From assembly GCA_951406725.2 (NCBI GenBank), contig OX597820.1:100502001-100566000 (forward strand): 64,000 nucleotides of DNA, written 5' to 3'. A program made the translations under genes and the position numbers. The notes beneath the pieces are model-generated. The model was given only the letters and a program-made list of their open reading frames with translations, was not told where the DNA came from and made no database searches. The DNA comes from Octopus vulgaris. Its lineage: Eukaryota. Positions 12,601-26,315 of the stretch are shown here, in pieces; positions within the stretch are counted from its first letter, which is position 1; each line of letters starts with the position of its first letter.

Positions 12601-14879
12601 GATATGTGGTACTTGAGAAGAGCTGCTCGTCACTATAAATCTGAGATTCTAGAAGTATAATGTATATATATATATATATATAACTGGGTTTCCTCATCCA
12701 ATTTGTTCCTGTCAAGCTTTCCCCATTAGCCCCTCATCTGCCTATCACTCGTATTGCCATCACTCTCTGAACTATTGTGGTAGTCTTTTGCTGTCATTAA
12801 ATGTGAGAATAATTACATATTTCATCATCCTTTTATGTGTTGCTACTTCTTCCACTCCTTGGCACCACTACTTTTGGTATCTATACGTCATTCTTAACAG
12901 TGTATCTCTCCATTCCCTTTCTGTGCTACCAGTTATCTCACCCTCTCTCCTAAACCACTTTCTCCTGACTCACCCCTAAGTACTTCTGACCACCTATCAC
13001 TATACATCTGTCGAAACGGAAAATAAGGCTGGAGAAGAAATGCCTGTTGCAAAATGTGTTTCGTAAAAGATGGAAGTCAATAGCAAGTATGTTGCGAGTG
13101 AAAGAACCTGTTTAATCGAGACTGTAAAAAAGGAGAAAGCAAAGTCTTCAGTGTGAGTATGTGGTTTGTGGGGTCAACCGCGTCCTCTGCTTCATTTTTT
13201 GTTATTCACTCATTCTCATTTAATTGCATATATTTTAATTGTTTATTCATATGTTTCATCTCATTTGATACCCTGACCCCAACGTTTGTTTTGTCCCCTC
13301 TTTTTCTCAACCTTATGGTGAATAAAGAAATACTCTCCACACGACCTTACAACCTCTACTCGCCCACCTTGTTCGAGCTTCTGGTCCTACTCCTTTATTT
13401 ACCTTCTAATGACCTTGAAGTCACTACCATCTTTCCAACTTTACCTCAATAACTCCCATTTGTCTTCTTATGATGAAAGGTAGACATGTATTACTCCTAC
13501 AATAAGGAACTTACATTAACCTCTCAACATATAACATAAAATTGCACCCCTCTCTACTATACTCTCGTTCAGTTAAATGGTTTCTTTAGACTCGTAAGTT
13601 ACATAATGATGTACTAGAAATGGAGTCATGAAAAGAGCACCATTTCTCTCAGTGAAGTAGCTGACATTTGAAAAGCATATACAAAGTGAACAGTGTGTCC
13701 ATCTGTAAAGAATCACATTTATTCTAAAACAATGCATAATATTCTCAATATCTAATCTTGTCAAGGGTTGTATATATGCATGTGTGTGTGTGTACACTCT
13801 CTCCCTCTTTAGTCTATGCTTCATCACTCATGAACGTTGACTTCAACTCAAGATAAAATTTTCTTCCAGACTGTTTGAGATGACACTATATGTCTCATCT
13901 TTGAGACAGCGCATAGTTCTGTGTTCATGAGCATATGTCATGCAGGCTTGACTATTAAGTTTGAATGGGAGTTATAGAAAAACACACATTTACATATATA
14001 TGTAACTTGTATACAGATATGTATTTGAAGCACACTACCACTACAAATACCAGGCCAACCCTTTGCCACCCACTTAAAAAAAAAAACAAAAAAAAAAACA
14101 GCCCTTTCCATTATCCATTTATCAGCATATGATATTAGTGTACACTCAAAGAAACAGAAAGAATGTGTAATATTGAAGCTCATACCCAAAGCACCGACAG
14201 GTTTCACTGAACATTTTCTCTTTCTGCTTCTTCACCCACTCTGTTTTATCTTTCAGCTCCTCTTTCATCTTAATTTTCCCTCCACTTCATTTTGGCTAGC
14301 TTCTCTTCCTCTTTACATTTCTCTTTCCCTCCACCACTCTTATCTGAACTCTCATTCCTACTGCTTTCTGATTATATATGCATGGTCATGTTGTTTTGTG
14401 TTCCTCATCAGTTGCAGCCAATTGCTCAAACACTGAGGATGTAATGTAAAACTCTTTCCTTCACCCCATCATCTTAACGCCTGGTGAAAGACTTTGTCTA
14501 AATTGATGGAAACTCCACTTTCCAAGGCAATTACTCAATCATTTTCTCCAAATAATACAAGTCTTGCTGATGCAGAACACCACCAGTTTCCTAGGATTCT
14601 GTTTTATCTGATTTATATATATATATATGTATTTATTTATTCATTTATAAGCCATGAAACTACATAAGTGACTCTAGAGCCAAAAGGTTCATGCAAGACA
14701 CTTATCAAATTTTGAGTGCCATACACAAAACTGTAGACCTTTGAGTCACTAATGTACTTTCACAGCTAAGAAATGAGAAAAAATATATATATGTTCAAGT
14801 TTACATTTTTGAGTTCTATTGCTCCTGTTTCTATCATTAAAGACACACATGCAGACATACATATATACACATATACACT

Positions 14880-14939
14880 CACACACACATGTGTATGTAT
14901 GTATGTATATATATATGTATATATGTATATATATATATG

Positions 14940-14970
<31 letters not shown>

Positions 14971-14983
14971 GTATATATATATG

Positions 14984-15049
<66 letters not shown>

Positions 15050-15150
15050 TATATATGTGTATATGTATGCATATATATATGTGTATGTATATATATATAT
15101 ACACTCACACATATACATTACCACCACCACCACCACCACCACTACTACTG
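14880..15150. repeat. Compound (TA)n/(TATG)n/(CAC)n microsatellite
   Basis: Read directly. Confidence 0.95.
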
Positions 15151-16124
15151 TTGTTGTTTAAATGTCTACTTCTCAATGCTTGCATGATTAGACTGGGCTT
15201 CATTGGAGAAGATTTGTCATGGCTGGATGCTTTTCTGCTCTTCCTGCCACCAACCTCATGTTTCCAAGGAAGGTACTATTTCCCTTAGCCTAATCTACTG
15301 AACAATGAACAGCCCAGGTATGTTTTCATAGAAGATTGCATAAAAAAAAAAAAATTATAATTTGTATGAACAATGACACTGTGTTTACTATTGACATTCA
15401 TACATCAATATAAGGAGCATAGCATTTTGCCAAGTGCACACACACACACACACAGAGTACATCTTGTGAGCACAAGTAGATGTATGACTGCTACTGTTGG
15501 ATTTAGAGCTCCATGTAGATTATCCTCATCCAGTCTACTTCTAATATAATGGTGGTGGCTACTACTGTTCTTAGTAGTATTATTGGTTAAGATATATGGA
15601 GCAAATGTAGAAATTACCATTATGGTTAAACATTCAACTGCACAAATCCAAACAGCCACAATGGCAAAATGTAAGTAGGAACAAATGATATAATCTTGTG
15701 TTTATAATAATTTCTCATATACATATACATACATATATGTACATGAAGGGCTTCTTCCAGTTTCTGTCTAACAAATTTCACTCGTAAGTTTTATTGGTCA
15801 ACCTGATGCTATACTAGAGAACACCATCCAATACTGCCCATGCAGTTGATGTGAATTCCAAACTATGTGGTTCCAAAGCCAAGTTAACAACAAACAACCT
15901 TCATACATACATATCACACACACACGTACGTTTAATATATTATAATATATTAAATACAGTCCCTTATTTGGGGCAATTTAATTTAATTCTAGGAAAAAAA
16001 GATGTTCTGGCCCAGCTCAGCCATAATTTGAAGATTATGAAACAATGAGTAATTTTTTTTTTCTTTTTTTGCAAATAAGAGACTGCATATAAAAAGTAGT
16101 AACTCTGAAAATGAACAGTACATT

Positions 16125-16199
<75 letters not shown>

Positions 16200-16254
16200 C
16201 ATATATATATATATATACATACATATATATATATATATATATACATATACATAC

Positions 16255-16286
<32 letters not shown>

Positions 16287-16550
16287 ATATATATATATAC
16301 ATATACATACATATATATATATATATATATACATATACATACATATATATATATATATATATACATATACATACATATATATATATATATATATACATAT
16401 ACATACATATATATATATATATATATACATATACATACATATATATATATATATATACATATACATACATATATATATATATATATACATATACATACAT
16501 ATATATATATATATATACATATACATACATATATATATATATATATACAT

Positions 16551-16583
<33 letters not shown>

Positions 16584-16608
16584 CATTTAAACACACACAC
16601 ACTTATAA

Positions 16609-16641
<33 letters not shown>

Positions 16642-16743
16642 TATATATATATATACATACATATATACATATATAATACATATATATAAACACACACACA
16701 TATATACATACATACACACACATATATATCATATATATATACA

Positions 16744-16783
<40 letters not shown>

Positions 16784-16870
16784 CATGTATATGTATGTAT
16801 ATGTCTCTCTATATATATATTTATATATACATATATATTATACACATGCACACACACACACACATACGAT
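16125..16870. repeat. ~750-bp TA microsatellite with a ~30-bp higher-order unit (at)n-acatatacatac
   Basis: Read directly; source of the YIYI ORFs. Confidence 0.95.
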
Positions 16871-17011
16871 TATATTTACATGAATGTTTAGGCTTGTGTA
16901 AATATACACTTTTGTAGCAGAGACAAATATTTTGAGTGCATGTATCTTAGTTTTTGTACACCCATGCACATAAGCTTGAAGCAAAAGAGGCGTGTTCTCA
17001 ACATGGCTTCA

Positions 17012-17229
17012 TTACACCATGATATCTCTCCTCTCTTCATCATCTAATTGCAGTGTGTTTTCGTAAGCATAGAGCTGGCCCTCCTCCATTGGTTTTTGTT
17101 TGGAAGCTTTTGCTTCTGGTGTATTGGGGACCAACTCAACTGTACTGCTACATCTGCTTAGATTATCCTCATCGCAAACTTGTAGGAAATTGTTAGATAC
17201 TGGCAGTGAATTTTTCGTGTCTCTTGAAT
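17012..17229 (-). CDS. ABCA: Probable terminal coding exon of the same ABCA gene: (D)SRDTKNSLPVSNNFLQVCDEDNLSRCSSTVELVPNTPEAKASKQKPMEEGQLYAYENTLQLDDEERRDIMV*
   Basis: Acceptor ttcttttatttcattatAG at 17230-17231 (minus). Phase-1 start joins the 58461 exon in frame (G+AT = Asp). Non-repetitive peptide ending in tandem stops TAA TGA. Joining is inferred from phase only; intervening exons are not excluded. Confidence 0.6.
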
Positions 17230-17514
17230 CTATAATGAAATAAAAGAATAATGAGACCAATAAAATATAAAATTGTTTATGGGATATAAATGTGTAGAGT
17301 GTATAAAATGTAAAGTCAAAAGAAAAATTAAAACAAAATGAAATGAATTTGGATTTAGAGAAACAAGATACAAATAGATAAGGGAATTGTATGGAGTTAT
17401 CCTATGTTATTGGAATATAGTTTTTTTTCTTTCTTTTACCATCTTCAGGAGCTTTTCTTCTTTTTTTAAGAATTAAACATTACACAAAATTAGAGGCAAT
17501 TTTAATTTTAGCAT

Positions 17515-17667
17515 TTAACCCTTTGGTGTTCAAATTTCTCTATTAAATGTAATACTTTTTCACTTAAATTGTTTTGAATTAATCATGCATTATGTTATAG
17601 CTTTGAGGTTTCAATGATATGATTGTTTATTTTTAGAATGTCACTGTAGGTTAGGTGTGAGAGGCTA
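17515..17667. mobile_element. piggyBac-like MITE, copy 4 (truncated)
   Basis: ttaaccctttgg...ttttgaattaatcatgcattat...taggtgtgagaggct. Confidence 0.65.
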
Positions 17668-18171
17668 AACACAGCAGTATTGAAGGCTGATTTGGTAATC
17701 CTTTTTAATTAATGGTTTATTAAATGAAGGAAGCAGAGCCCATGATGTATAAATAACTATTTGAAAGGTTGACAGTTCATATTTTTTCACTGAAACTGCA
17801 TTGCATCCATAGCCAAGGCACTTGAGTTTCAACTGAACTTATTCATGTAGCTGTGAATAATAAAAAAAGTTCCAGAGGATGGAAATGACTTACAGCATTC
17901 AGTAGCAACAACAACAGCAGTATAAAATTGATCAGAATTTTGTCAGGTTTGCTATACTGAATGCATCAATTTTCCCAATAAACTGAGGTAAGGCAGTTGG
18001 CAAGTAATTACCTCTTTTGTCACTAACAATTTAAACTAACCACCACAGACCGGATTCTGACACAGGACTTTAATTCAGTCTGCATGTAATGTCTACTTAT
18101 CAAATTCCTCAAACACAGCTATTTGATTTAAGTGGACATCTTCACTAAGAAGAGATCCACTATGATCATGA

Positions 18172-18220
<49 letters not shown>

Positions 18221-18223
<3 letters not shown>

Positions 18224-18487
18224 AAATTTAAAGGACTGACCACTAAAAGTGGATGGTCAATATGCTAGATATAGACGTCAAAAATCGCTATTTTCCACGA
18301 AGAATGTGTTCTCACATTCTTTGTGGAAAATAGCGATTTTTGACGTCTATATCTAGCATATTGACCATCCACTTTTAGTGGTCAGTCCTTTAAATTTTGT
18401 AGGTAAAAAATATTTTAATCTTTGGATTTTTTTTAATATGCTAGGCCACTGGTTTTAATTGATTAATATCAATTTCTACCCTTATTC

Positions 18488-18490
<3 letters not shown>
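18221..18490. mobile_element. Fold-back insert in (TA)n: 180-bp palindrome plus ~90-bp single-copy tail
   Basis: Arms 18221-18308 and 18313-18400 (88 bp, one mismatch), 4-nt loop. The tail is related to the reverse complement of 3670-3735. Confidence 0.85.
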
Positions 18491-18541
<51 letters not shown>

Positions 18542-18704
18542 ATCTATATATATGAGTCATTTGCTTAAGATTGGATGCAGAAGCTTTATTCCAATCACAG
18601 GATTTCCATAATCTTATACAGAATAGGTAGAAACACATATGAAGCTAATATCAAGTTAAGAAAAAAGTATATTACTCCAATAATAACTTATATAAAAAAA
18701 ATAA

Positions 18705-19115
18705 ACAACAAAAATATAAACATGTAACAAAAATACAAACATATAACAATATAACAATGACATGCTACAAAATATAGACAGGTAACAGGAAAGTAGGCAT
18801 GTTACAAAATGTAACAGGAGCGTAGGCACATCACAAAATATAAACATGTAATAAAAGTGTAGAAATGTTACAAAATATAGACATGATACGAGAAAGTAGG
18901 CATGTTACAAAATATAGACATATAACAGAAGGATAAGCATGTGAAAAATATAGACATGTAACAATAGAGTAGGTGTGTTACAAAATATAGGAATGTAACA
19001 GAAATGTAAGCATGTTATAAGATATGGACATGTAACAAGAGTATAGGCATGACACAAAATATAGACATATAACAGAAGTGTAAGGAATGTTACAGAATAT
19101 AGATATGTAACAAGA
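18705..19115. repeat. Degenerate minisatellite, ~37-bp unit (acaaaatatagacatgtaacagaaagtaggcatgtt), ~10 copies
   Basis: Read directly. Confidence 0.85.
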
Positions 19116-19259
19116 TAAAATCAATTTTTTTCACATTACTATTTTACTGCTGTGTGATTAAAATGTATTTAAATGTCTACATATATCAAATTGAGTTAAA
19201 CTGTTTAAAAAAGTATGATTTTAGTAGATATTTCCAAGAATAATATATGAAATCAATGA

Positions 19260-19303
<44 letters not shown>

Positions 19304-19689
19304 GTTTTGTAGCTCTAATAATGAAAATATAAGGATTTCATTATTTTCAATACACTAGAAATTCAATCTTGTTACTCTGAGAATTAAGTTTGTTAAATAT
19401 GTTTCTATATTCAAATAATAAATTTACAAATATATCAAATTAGATGAATGATGATTTTAACAACTGAAATACATAATGCCCATGAATTTTTTATGAAAAT
19501 AACTGCGATGACTATGATATTTAATTACACCATTCACAAGTTGACAACGTAGAAAGCAGAAAAATGTGCAAACAGAACAAACATTTGTCTATATTTGAAA
19601 GAAAGTGTGATGAAAGAAATATTTGGAAATTAAATATGATTTTATGTATGCAGACATATTTAAATATATTTTAGCCTAACTGTGGAATG

Positions 19690-19890
19690 CTAGAATTGCA
19701 GGTGCAGTCACAGTATTGCACAAGCTTCAGCATTCGATTCTCAAAAGAGGAGAGGTTGGTAAAAAAGCCAAATTCGCTGTCTTCAATTCAGTATTTTTGT
19801 GTTTATCCTCAACTATGGTCATGAATGAGTATGATCGGAAATACAAATGGCTGAAGCTGAAATGGGATTCCTTTGAAGGATCATAAGAGA
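19690..19890 (+). mobile_element. RTE-clade (Expander/Rex3-like) LINE fragment
   Basis: Translates to VLHKLQHSILKRGEVGKKAKFAVFNS..ILNYGHE...AEMGFL*RII. Confidence 0.6.
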
Positions 19891-20070
19891 ACATGGGTTT
19901 TTTAAGTGAGTTTTGCTGAAATTAAGTTTCTTAGTGGCTTTTTGTTGTTGTTTTTACACATCAAGAAATTGATGAATTTTAAATTATTATACACCACACT
20001 TAGAAATAATTACTTAAATCTGTTATTGAAAAAAAGTATTAAATACTGCTGTAATGTGTGTAGTGTGTGT

Positions 20071-20102
<32 letters not shown>

Positions 20103-21099
20103 TGAATATTAAGAGAATGGCTGAATGGTTGTTTTGATCTATTTTGGCTGCACTAATTTTGATAACTGGTTCACATATTCTGTCACTTCATTGGGTTGTT
20201 TCATGCTCACAGTGGATAAATTTAACCATATAAAGGTGTGTATAGTCAGAGTCTTCAGTTACCCCATAGGTGATAAGACAACAATTAGAATTAAAATAGC
20301 CTTGCTATAGCTGTTGAAGTGTTCTCACATTACCCTTAGGATATAGACCAAAACTCCTTTTACCGTTAGTGTGAAATAAATTTAAATATGCTTTCATATT
20401 TTGATCTGAATTTTATAGTTTGCACATTGTATAGCACTGCTGGAATTTCCCTGGAAGCATTTTAATCTAAGATCTATGGTAATCGATAAAGAAGAAAGAG
20501 TGGAGTTTTCAAGAGTCTTTTGGATTAAAATTGATAGTGTATGCTGTCAGTAAAAATGCACATCTTATTTAATTTTAACTCAGTTTAGAGTTTTATTTTT
20601 TATTTTTTGGTGCAATTTTATTTATGAAAGATTATCAGTATTTCCTTAAGATATATTGAAAAATGTTAGATCATCTGTTCAAAGAGGAAAATAAATTCCT
20701 ATTTTCAATTGAAATTTTATATTGCTTATACTTATAAACAAAGACTCAAATTTTAAACTAATAGAAAAAAACAAAACAAACAATTATTTTAGCCAATTTT
20801 AACTTTTACATATAGTTTCTATAAAAATTGAAATTTGTTTAATATTTAAACTGACAGTATAGTTTCTGAAATGAGGTTCAGCAGCAAAGTATGGCTGTGT
20901 GGTTAAAATGTTCACTTTGTAATCATGTGGCTCTGAGTTCAATCCCTTAGTGCAGTATTTTGAACAAGTGCTATCTACCATAGTCTTGAGATTCTGGGGA
21001 GAAGTGATCAAGCATAATGAGTAGTGCATGACCTGAAAGAAAGGGGTACATAGTATGTGGGATAAGAGGGGGTGATTAGTATGTTAGGTGGGTTTAGGT

Positions 21100-21780
21100 A
21101 GAAGTGGTATAACACTAGCTAGTTCCCAGGAGTTTAAGACATTGTAGCAATAAGCCATGGGAAACTTTTACCAAGAAGCAGGCTGCATGAGACATGGCTC
21201 ATCATCAGGTGGGCTGCACAACTAAAAAGAATTTAAGGTAATTTTTCATTAGGTGTGTCATTCAGAAAATCCAGCAGGCCACAGTTTGCTCATGGCTGCA
21301 ATAGACTTACATAAACAGAGAGACAGTATGTCAGTGGGCCAGAGATCATAGTATGCTGTGGACTCAGTCTTTAATTATCAGATATTTTTCATTTAGATGT
21401 GATCTACAATGTTTATGTCTTGTAGCAGTAGAGGTGTCCCAGATATTGTTGTATACCATTGGTGGGGAGGGGGTCTTACTTGATTGTCAAGAAAGAACAT
21501 CTGGAATTTTGAGTCCTACCACCTGTATTGGCTTTGAGGATAACAATTATTGTCGAAGGCAAGAGAGCAGGAAGAGCATGAAGAAGAAGATAATTTCCCT
21601 GATATGAACCATGATTGTATTATTGTGCTGGTGACAGAGACAAGATTGTCATATCCTCACTCAAGAGGGTTTTGAAATCTGTGTTCATGGAGAATGTGCA
21701 ATTTTCATGTGTGGTGTCTTGGATGCGCATGAATGATGCCTGTGTATGATGGAAGGTTGGGGAGAAGTGAAGAGTAATAT
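21100..21780 (-). mobile_element. Highly decayed Penelope-like RT N-terminal fragment
   Basis: Minus strand IVILKANTGGRT..KDP resembles IVI..ADKGG.TV...DP; weak. Confidence 0.35.
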
Positions 21781-23639
21781 TATCTGCTTAGGAGATAGAA
21801 GAGGCAGCAAAAGTAGTGAGGGTGAAACAACTAGCTGTGGGGAACATCAGAATTGAGAGCATGTGTGAGAGATACTGCAATGGTGCAAGCTTCCACTCAA
21901 GAGATGACAGATAAATGTAGCCTATATTTAGCTAAGAACTTTAAAATGTTCAAATTCTTTAATTTGAATCCTACAATAATTTCCCTTCTGAAAATATATA
22001 TAATTTCCTACTGAAAAGGCATCAATGGATTTTTTAAAACCATGAACTAACACCAAATTAAATATGCATATGTTTATATAATTCTTCAATAACCAATAAA
22101 TAAAAGGAGACAAATGCAATATCTCAATAAGATAATAACAGTCAAGATTTGGAGACACAAAACCTAAGAAATACATTTGTCATAATCAAAAACGAATTTC
22201 CATTACGTTATTTAATGAGTGATATAAGAAATCACCAAAGTGGTTCCCCAAATGAAGATAATGAAACAGTTCAAAATTTGGTTCAAGAAAAGATCCCTCA
22301 CTCTATTTAGTATATAAACCAGGACATGATAAAAGTTGAGGAAATATGAAAAAGTGAGTAAGTTTTGAAATAAACTTTATTGATATAAAGATGACTGCGT
22401 CAAAGCTACAGGGTTTCACAGACAAAAAAATCTACCTAGCAATTTCTAACATTAATGAAATGAAAGGTAAATCCCATAATTCTCCAAGACAGGAAGCTAT
22501 TTTATATCTAAGTTTCCTGATGAAAAATGTTGAGTATAGCAAGCTAATAGTAAACTTGTCAAGTATAGTGTTTCTTCTGCTTATAATGTTGAACTGTATT
22601 TTACATATAGGGTGTATTTATTTGCTTTGTAGATATGCGACAGGTTTTACTGAGAATTCCCTGAGCACAACAACTTAACATAGTATAAGCATGGTTTGAT
22701 TTTCATTGAGGAGCTTATGACATTTACTTTTGTATTGGTTATAAATGTGTACCAATTGTTATTGCTTACTGAAAAATTAAATATAAAATTAGGTGCTAAT
22801 AACTGTACAGATACACATTCTGGCACTCGGTGATTGCTTTAATACTCAACTGTAAGTATGCATATACATACATACAACTGAACTTTAAAACAATCATCAA
22901 GAAATCTCAAGTTATAAATATCTATAAGTTTAATCGCAGTTAAACATTTTGAACTTAGAAAACATCATCTATTTAAAATACAAATTAACAGTAAGGGAAC
23001 AGAAATCCTCCTGGTTAGGTGACACTATACTTGCAGTATACAACACAATGAAATTATGGTCTTAACAATCAGTCATATGAGATGCGTACAATCCGAGTCT
23101 AAATGCAAACACTGGACAATTTGTGAAATATCAAAACATCTTAAACACCTTAATACAGTTACCAATAGTTCTCAGCATGACAAATATCAGGCTTCCCTGC
23201 CAAATCATTAGTGAAAATTATGAGCCTCTTTGCAAATAAATGCAAAAGTATTTTACCTCCATGTGATTCTTTTCTATTTTATTTTTATTCACTTATTTAT
23301 TTTGCCATGGATTTGGACAAGTTTCAAAAGTTGGAAGTAATTTATTTGAAAATAAATTGTACACATAAATAAAGCCTATAATAATGTTAGCAGCCAGATG
23401 TTCATGACTGAAGATGAACAAAATTAGCTTGAAACTGAGTCAGTCACATGATCTTGTCGTTTGCTGGAGGATGATAGGAGTTTGCTCCCCTGTTTGCAAT
23501 ATATACAGTGTGCAGGCTGCACCTATAACCAGCCGGCAGATCTGCCTAGAGTTAAAACAAGAGTAACATTGAACAGTCATATCAATGTGGTGATTAACTT
23601 TGAATGTTATGTTTATTGACGAAATAACTGATATTAAAG

Positions 23640-24880
23640 CAAACATTTGTCAAGGCAAGTCACATGACACCTTTCACTTGTTGGGGACATATGTATTTTG
23701 TTATTCTTGCTAAAGCAGAAAAGTTTTTTCCAACACAAATATGTTGAGATGAACAGAAGCAGAATTTGTAGAGCCTTCTTTCAGCAATTTGAGTGCTGTT
23801 GAGTAGATACAAATTTACTCCAAAAGGTTTGAAATTTTACAAGAGTGAAACGTTTTCAAAATAACATTCCATATCAATAATTTCTTTTCTTAACACTTCC
23901 AAAATTTCTTTAATATTACATAATTGGATTCACTATCCAATTGTAATTTTATCTGGAATCCCAGGAAGTATTTGTACATAAAATTATCACTTTTCTTTAG
24001 ATGTTCAAAGAAGATATTTCTGGTAATGGTTGCAATTTCTGTTGCTTTTAAAAACGTTAGAGAAGTAGGAAATGACTTGTAATTTCTTGATAATAATTCA
24101 GTTTACTAATTTCTCAGTTTCTTTCCATGTGGTAATGTTCTCTTTAAAGGTTCATGATGAAAGCATTAAATTTATTGAAGAAGTAAGAAAAATATGATAA
24201 ATATAACACAAATTTCTTCTCAGTCAGAAATTTGCTAGATTTTTTTTAGTGACAAAAAAATAAAAAATAAATAATATATTTTGTTAAAAGGCTCAATTAT
24301 TTTTTAAAGAATTTTTTCATATGACAACCATCAAACTTCCAAGTCCAGTAGCAAGTTTTTATAAGCAGCTCTTGGCATTGGATGACTGAGAAAATAATCA
24401 GACATTAGTTGGATTGGTTTTAATGACATTCATGATCTTCATAATAACTTTCCTATCAAGTGATCTTCTGAAGAAACAATTATCATTCATTAACAGGTTC
24501 TAGCATAAAAAATAACATGTCTACCATTGCAATAATTTCTGATAATTTTGGACACTTTTTTTAGCTCAGGATTTGCTCTTTTCTTTTTATCTGTGTAAAT
24601 TCTTCTGTACAGAATTCTGTTTTGGAAACTTATCCATTAGATTACCTCTAAGGATAAAAAATTTGTATTCCTAAATAAATGCAATCAGAGAAGATCATTG
24701 CTTACCTAAGTTCAAGTTCAACGTCAAATTAAATATAAACTTTACTGATTAATGTGCTGCAAATTATGACTGCTCTATGGCAGTTATATATGTAGCTCTC
24801 AGTACATAGAATCAGTACATGAGAATATAGAACCATTTATAAACCCAAAATGGAAAAAAGTAGGGTGTGATGATCGGGGG
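23640..24880 (-). mobile_element. hAT Buster/Charlie (ZBED5/SCAND3-like) transposase fossil
   Basis: Minus translations KIMNVIKTNPTN, YKNLLLDLEV*WLS (cf. LLLHTEVRWLS) and KKALQILLLFISTYLC..FSAL (hAT dimerisation domain); many stops and frameshifts. Confidence 0.8.
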
Positions 24881-26284
24881 GGGGGGGGCTGGAACGGAAA
24901 TGCATAGTTTCCATGTAAGCAGATCAAAGAAAACAAACTGTCATGACAAGTTTAATGTATTTGAACTGTCAACAGGTTGTGAGGTCAGCTGATCTTTTAC
25001 ATGACCATCGGGACTAGTTAAGGTTTAGAATCGCATGTGTAATGGCTTGGAGAAAACCTGTGTGAAAGGCAGAAGTGAAATGCAGATTTCTTGTTTGCAA
25101 ATCAAAGGGAACAAGTTATCTTGACAAATTATTTATTTTTATTTTATTTTATTTTATCTAGTTTCAGCTCACTAGCTGTGGCCATGCTGGGGCACCGCTA
25201 TTTTATCTTTAATTTCAATTGTTAAAACCTATAGGTATTTGATTTCTTGGAAGTATGGCTATCTAAATAAATAAATGGATAAAAAGTAAAAATAAAAACG
25301 TGATTTTAAATTTATTAAGCATAGTAATTTTCCTGCCACTTTGTCAAACCTCACAAACCCCATTGGAGGGGACCAATTCCCTCCTCCTTCATAAAAGAAA
25401 GACTGCCTTAACAAACATGCTAAGTAGATTATCGAATGTGAACTGATTCATAAAACTGAATTTTCTGAGTCAACACAGTTTAATGATTGCTCCATAAACA
25501 AAACACCAAATAGCAATACATGATTCACTAATAACTTTAACGACAACAGCAACATAGTCAGATAGAAGCAACCTCTAAATCTAGTGGTAAACTACAAGAC
25601 ACGTACTCTCATGGTCAGCAACAATTCATCTGAAATTTAAAGCTTTGTTGAATGAACAGATGAAAAGATACCTCATTTTATGAATGGAAAGAAGTCAAAG
25701 CAAAGTTGATGGGTGGAATTTAAAATCAGATATTGAGCAACAAGACTAAATACCACAGGACAATTTGTATGACACTCCTGATTTGACCCCCCACCACTTA
25801 CATATTTCACAGTATTAAAAATGCTACAAATCTGCTGAATATCAGACCCTTGAATTTGAATGTCATCTTAAAAATATCAATATATTAAAACTACAAGCAA
25901 TTATTATTTTAGTCACTATATTAGAATATTGGACAACTTTACCAATGTAAGGCACAAGCATGTGTGCACATAAACACATATTAGAATTAAAGAAAGAAAA
26001 GAGGAAAAATGTCACAAAATATTGTTAAAAATAGAACAAAAAGACCCACAGACTGATAATTGTTATCTTTATATTTAACACAACTTTAAACTTCGTAAAC
26101 AGCTTAATTTTTGTTGCTGGAATTCTTTGAATCACGAAAGTAATGATATACTTACTTGAATTATGGGATGACAAGCGGACAAATTTCAAGAAAATTTTCA
26201 TTTTATTTCCAAAATAGAATCATTAACTTGTTTAGTGAAAAATAACTTCAAAACGAAATTACAACTAAGATATACCCAACCACC

Positions 26285-26315
<31 letters not shown>

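Noticed and set aside
15405-15659. ORF sharing DEDNL (tagattatcctcatc) with the 17012 exon
   Set aside because: Only a 15-nt match, no further alignment, and the ORF runs into repeats.
14749-16744. Long YIYI/ICIY ORFs, also near 14-830, 35-36 kb, 40 kb and 51-54 kb, plus poly-I ORFs
   Set aside because: Stop-free translations of TA, TATG and TAA microsatellites.
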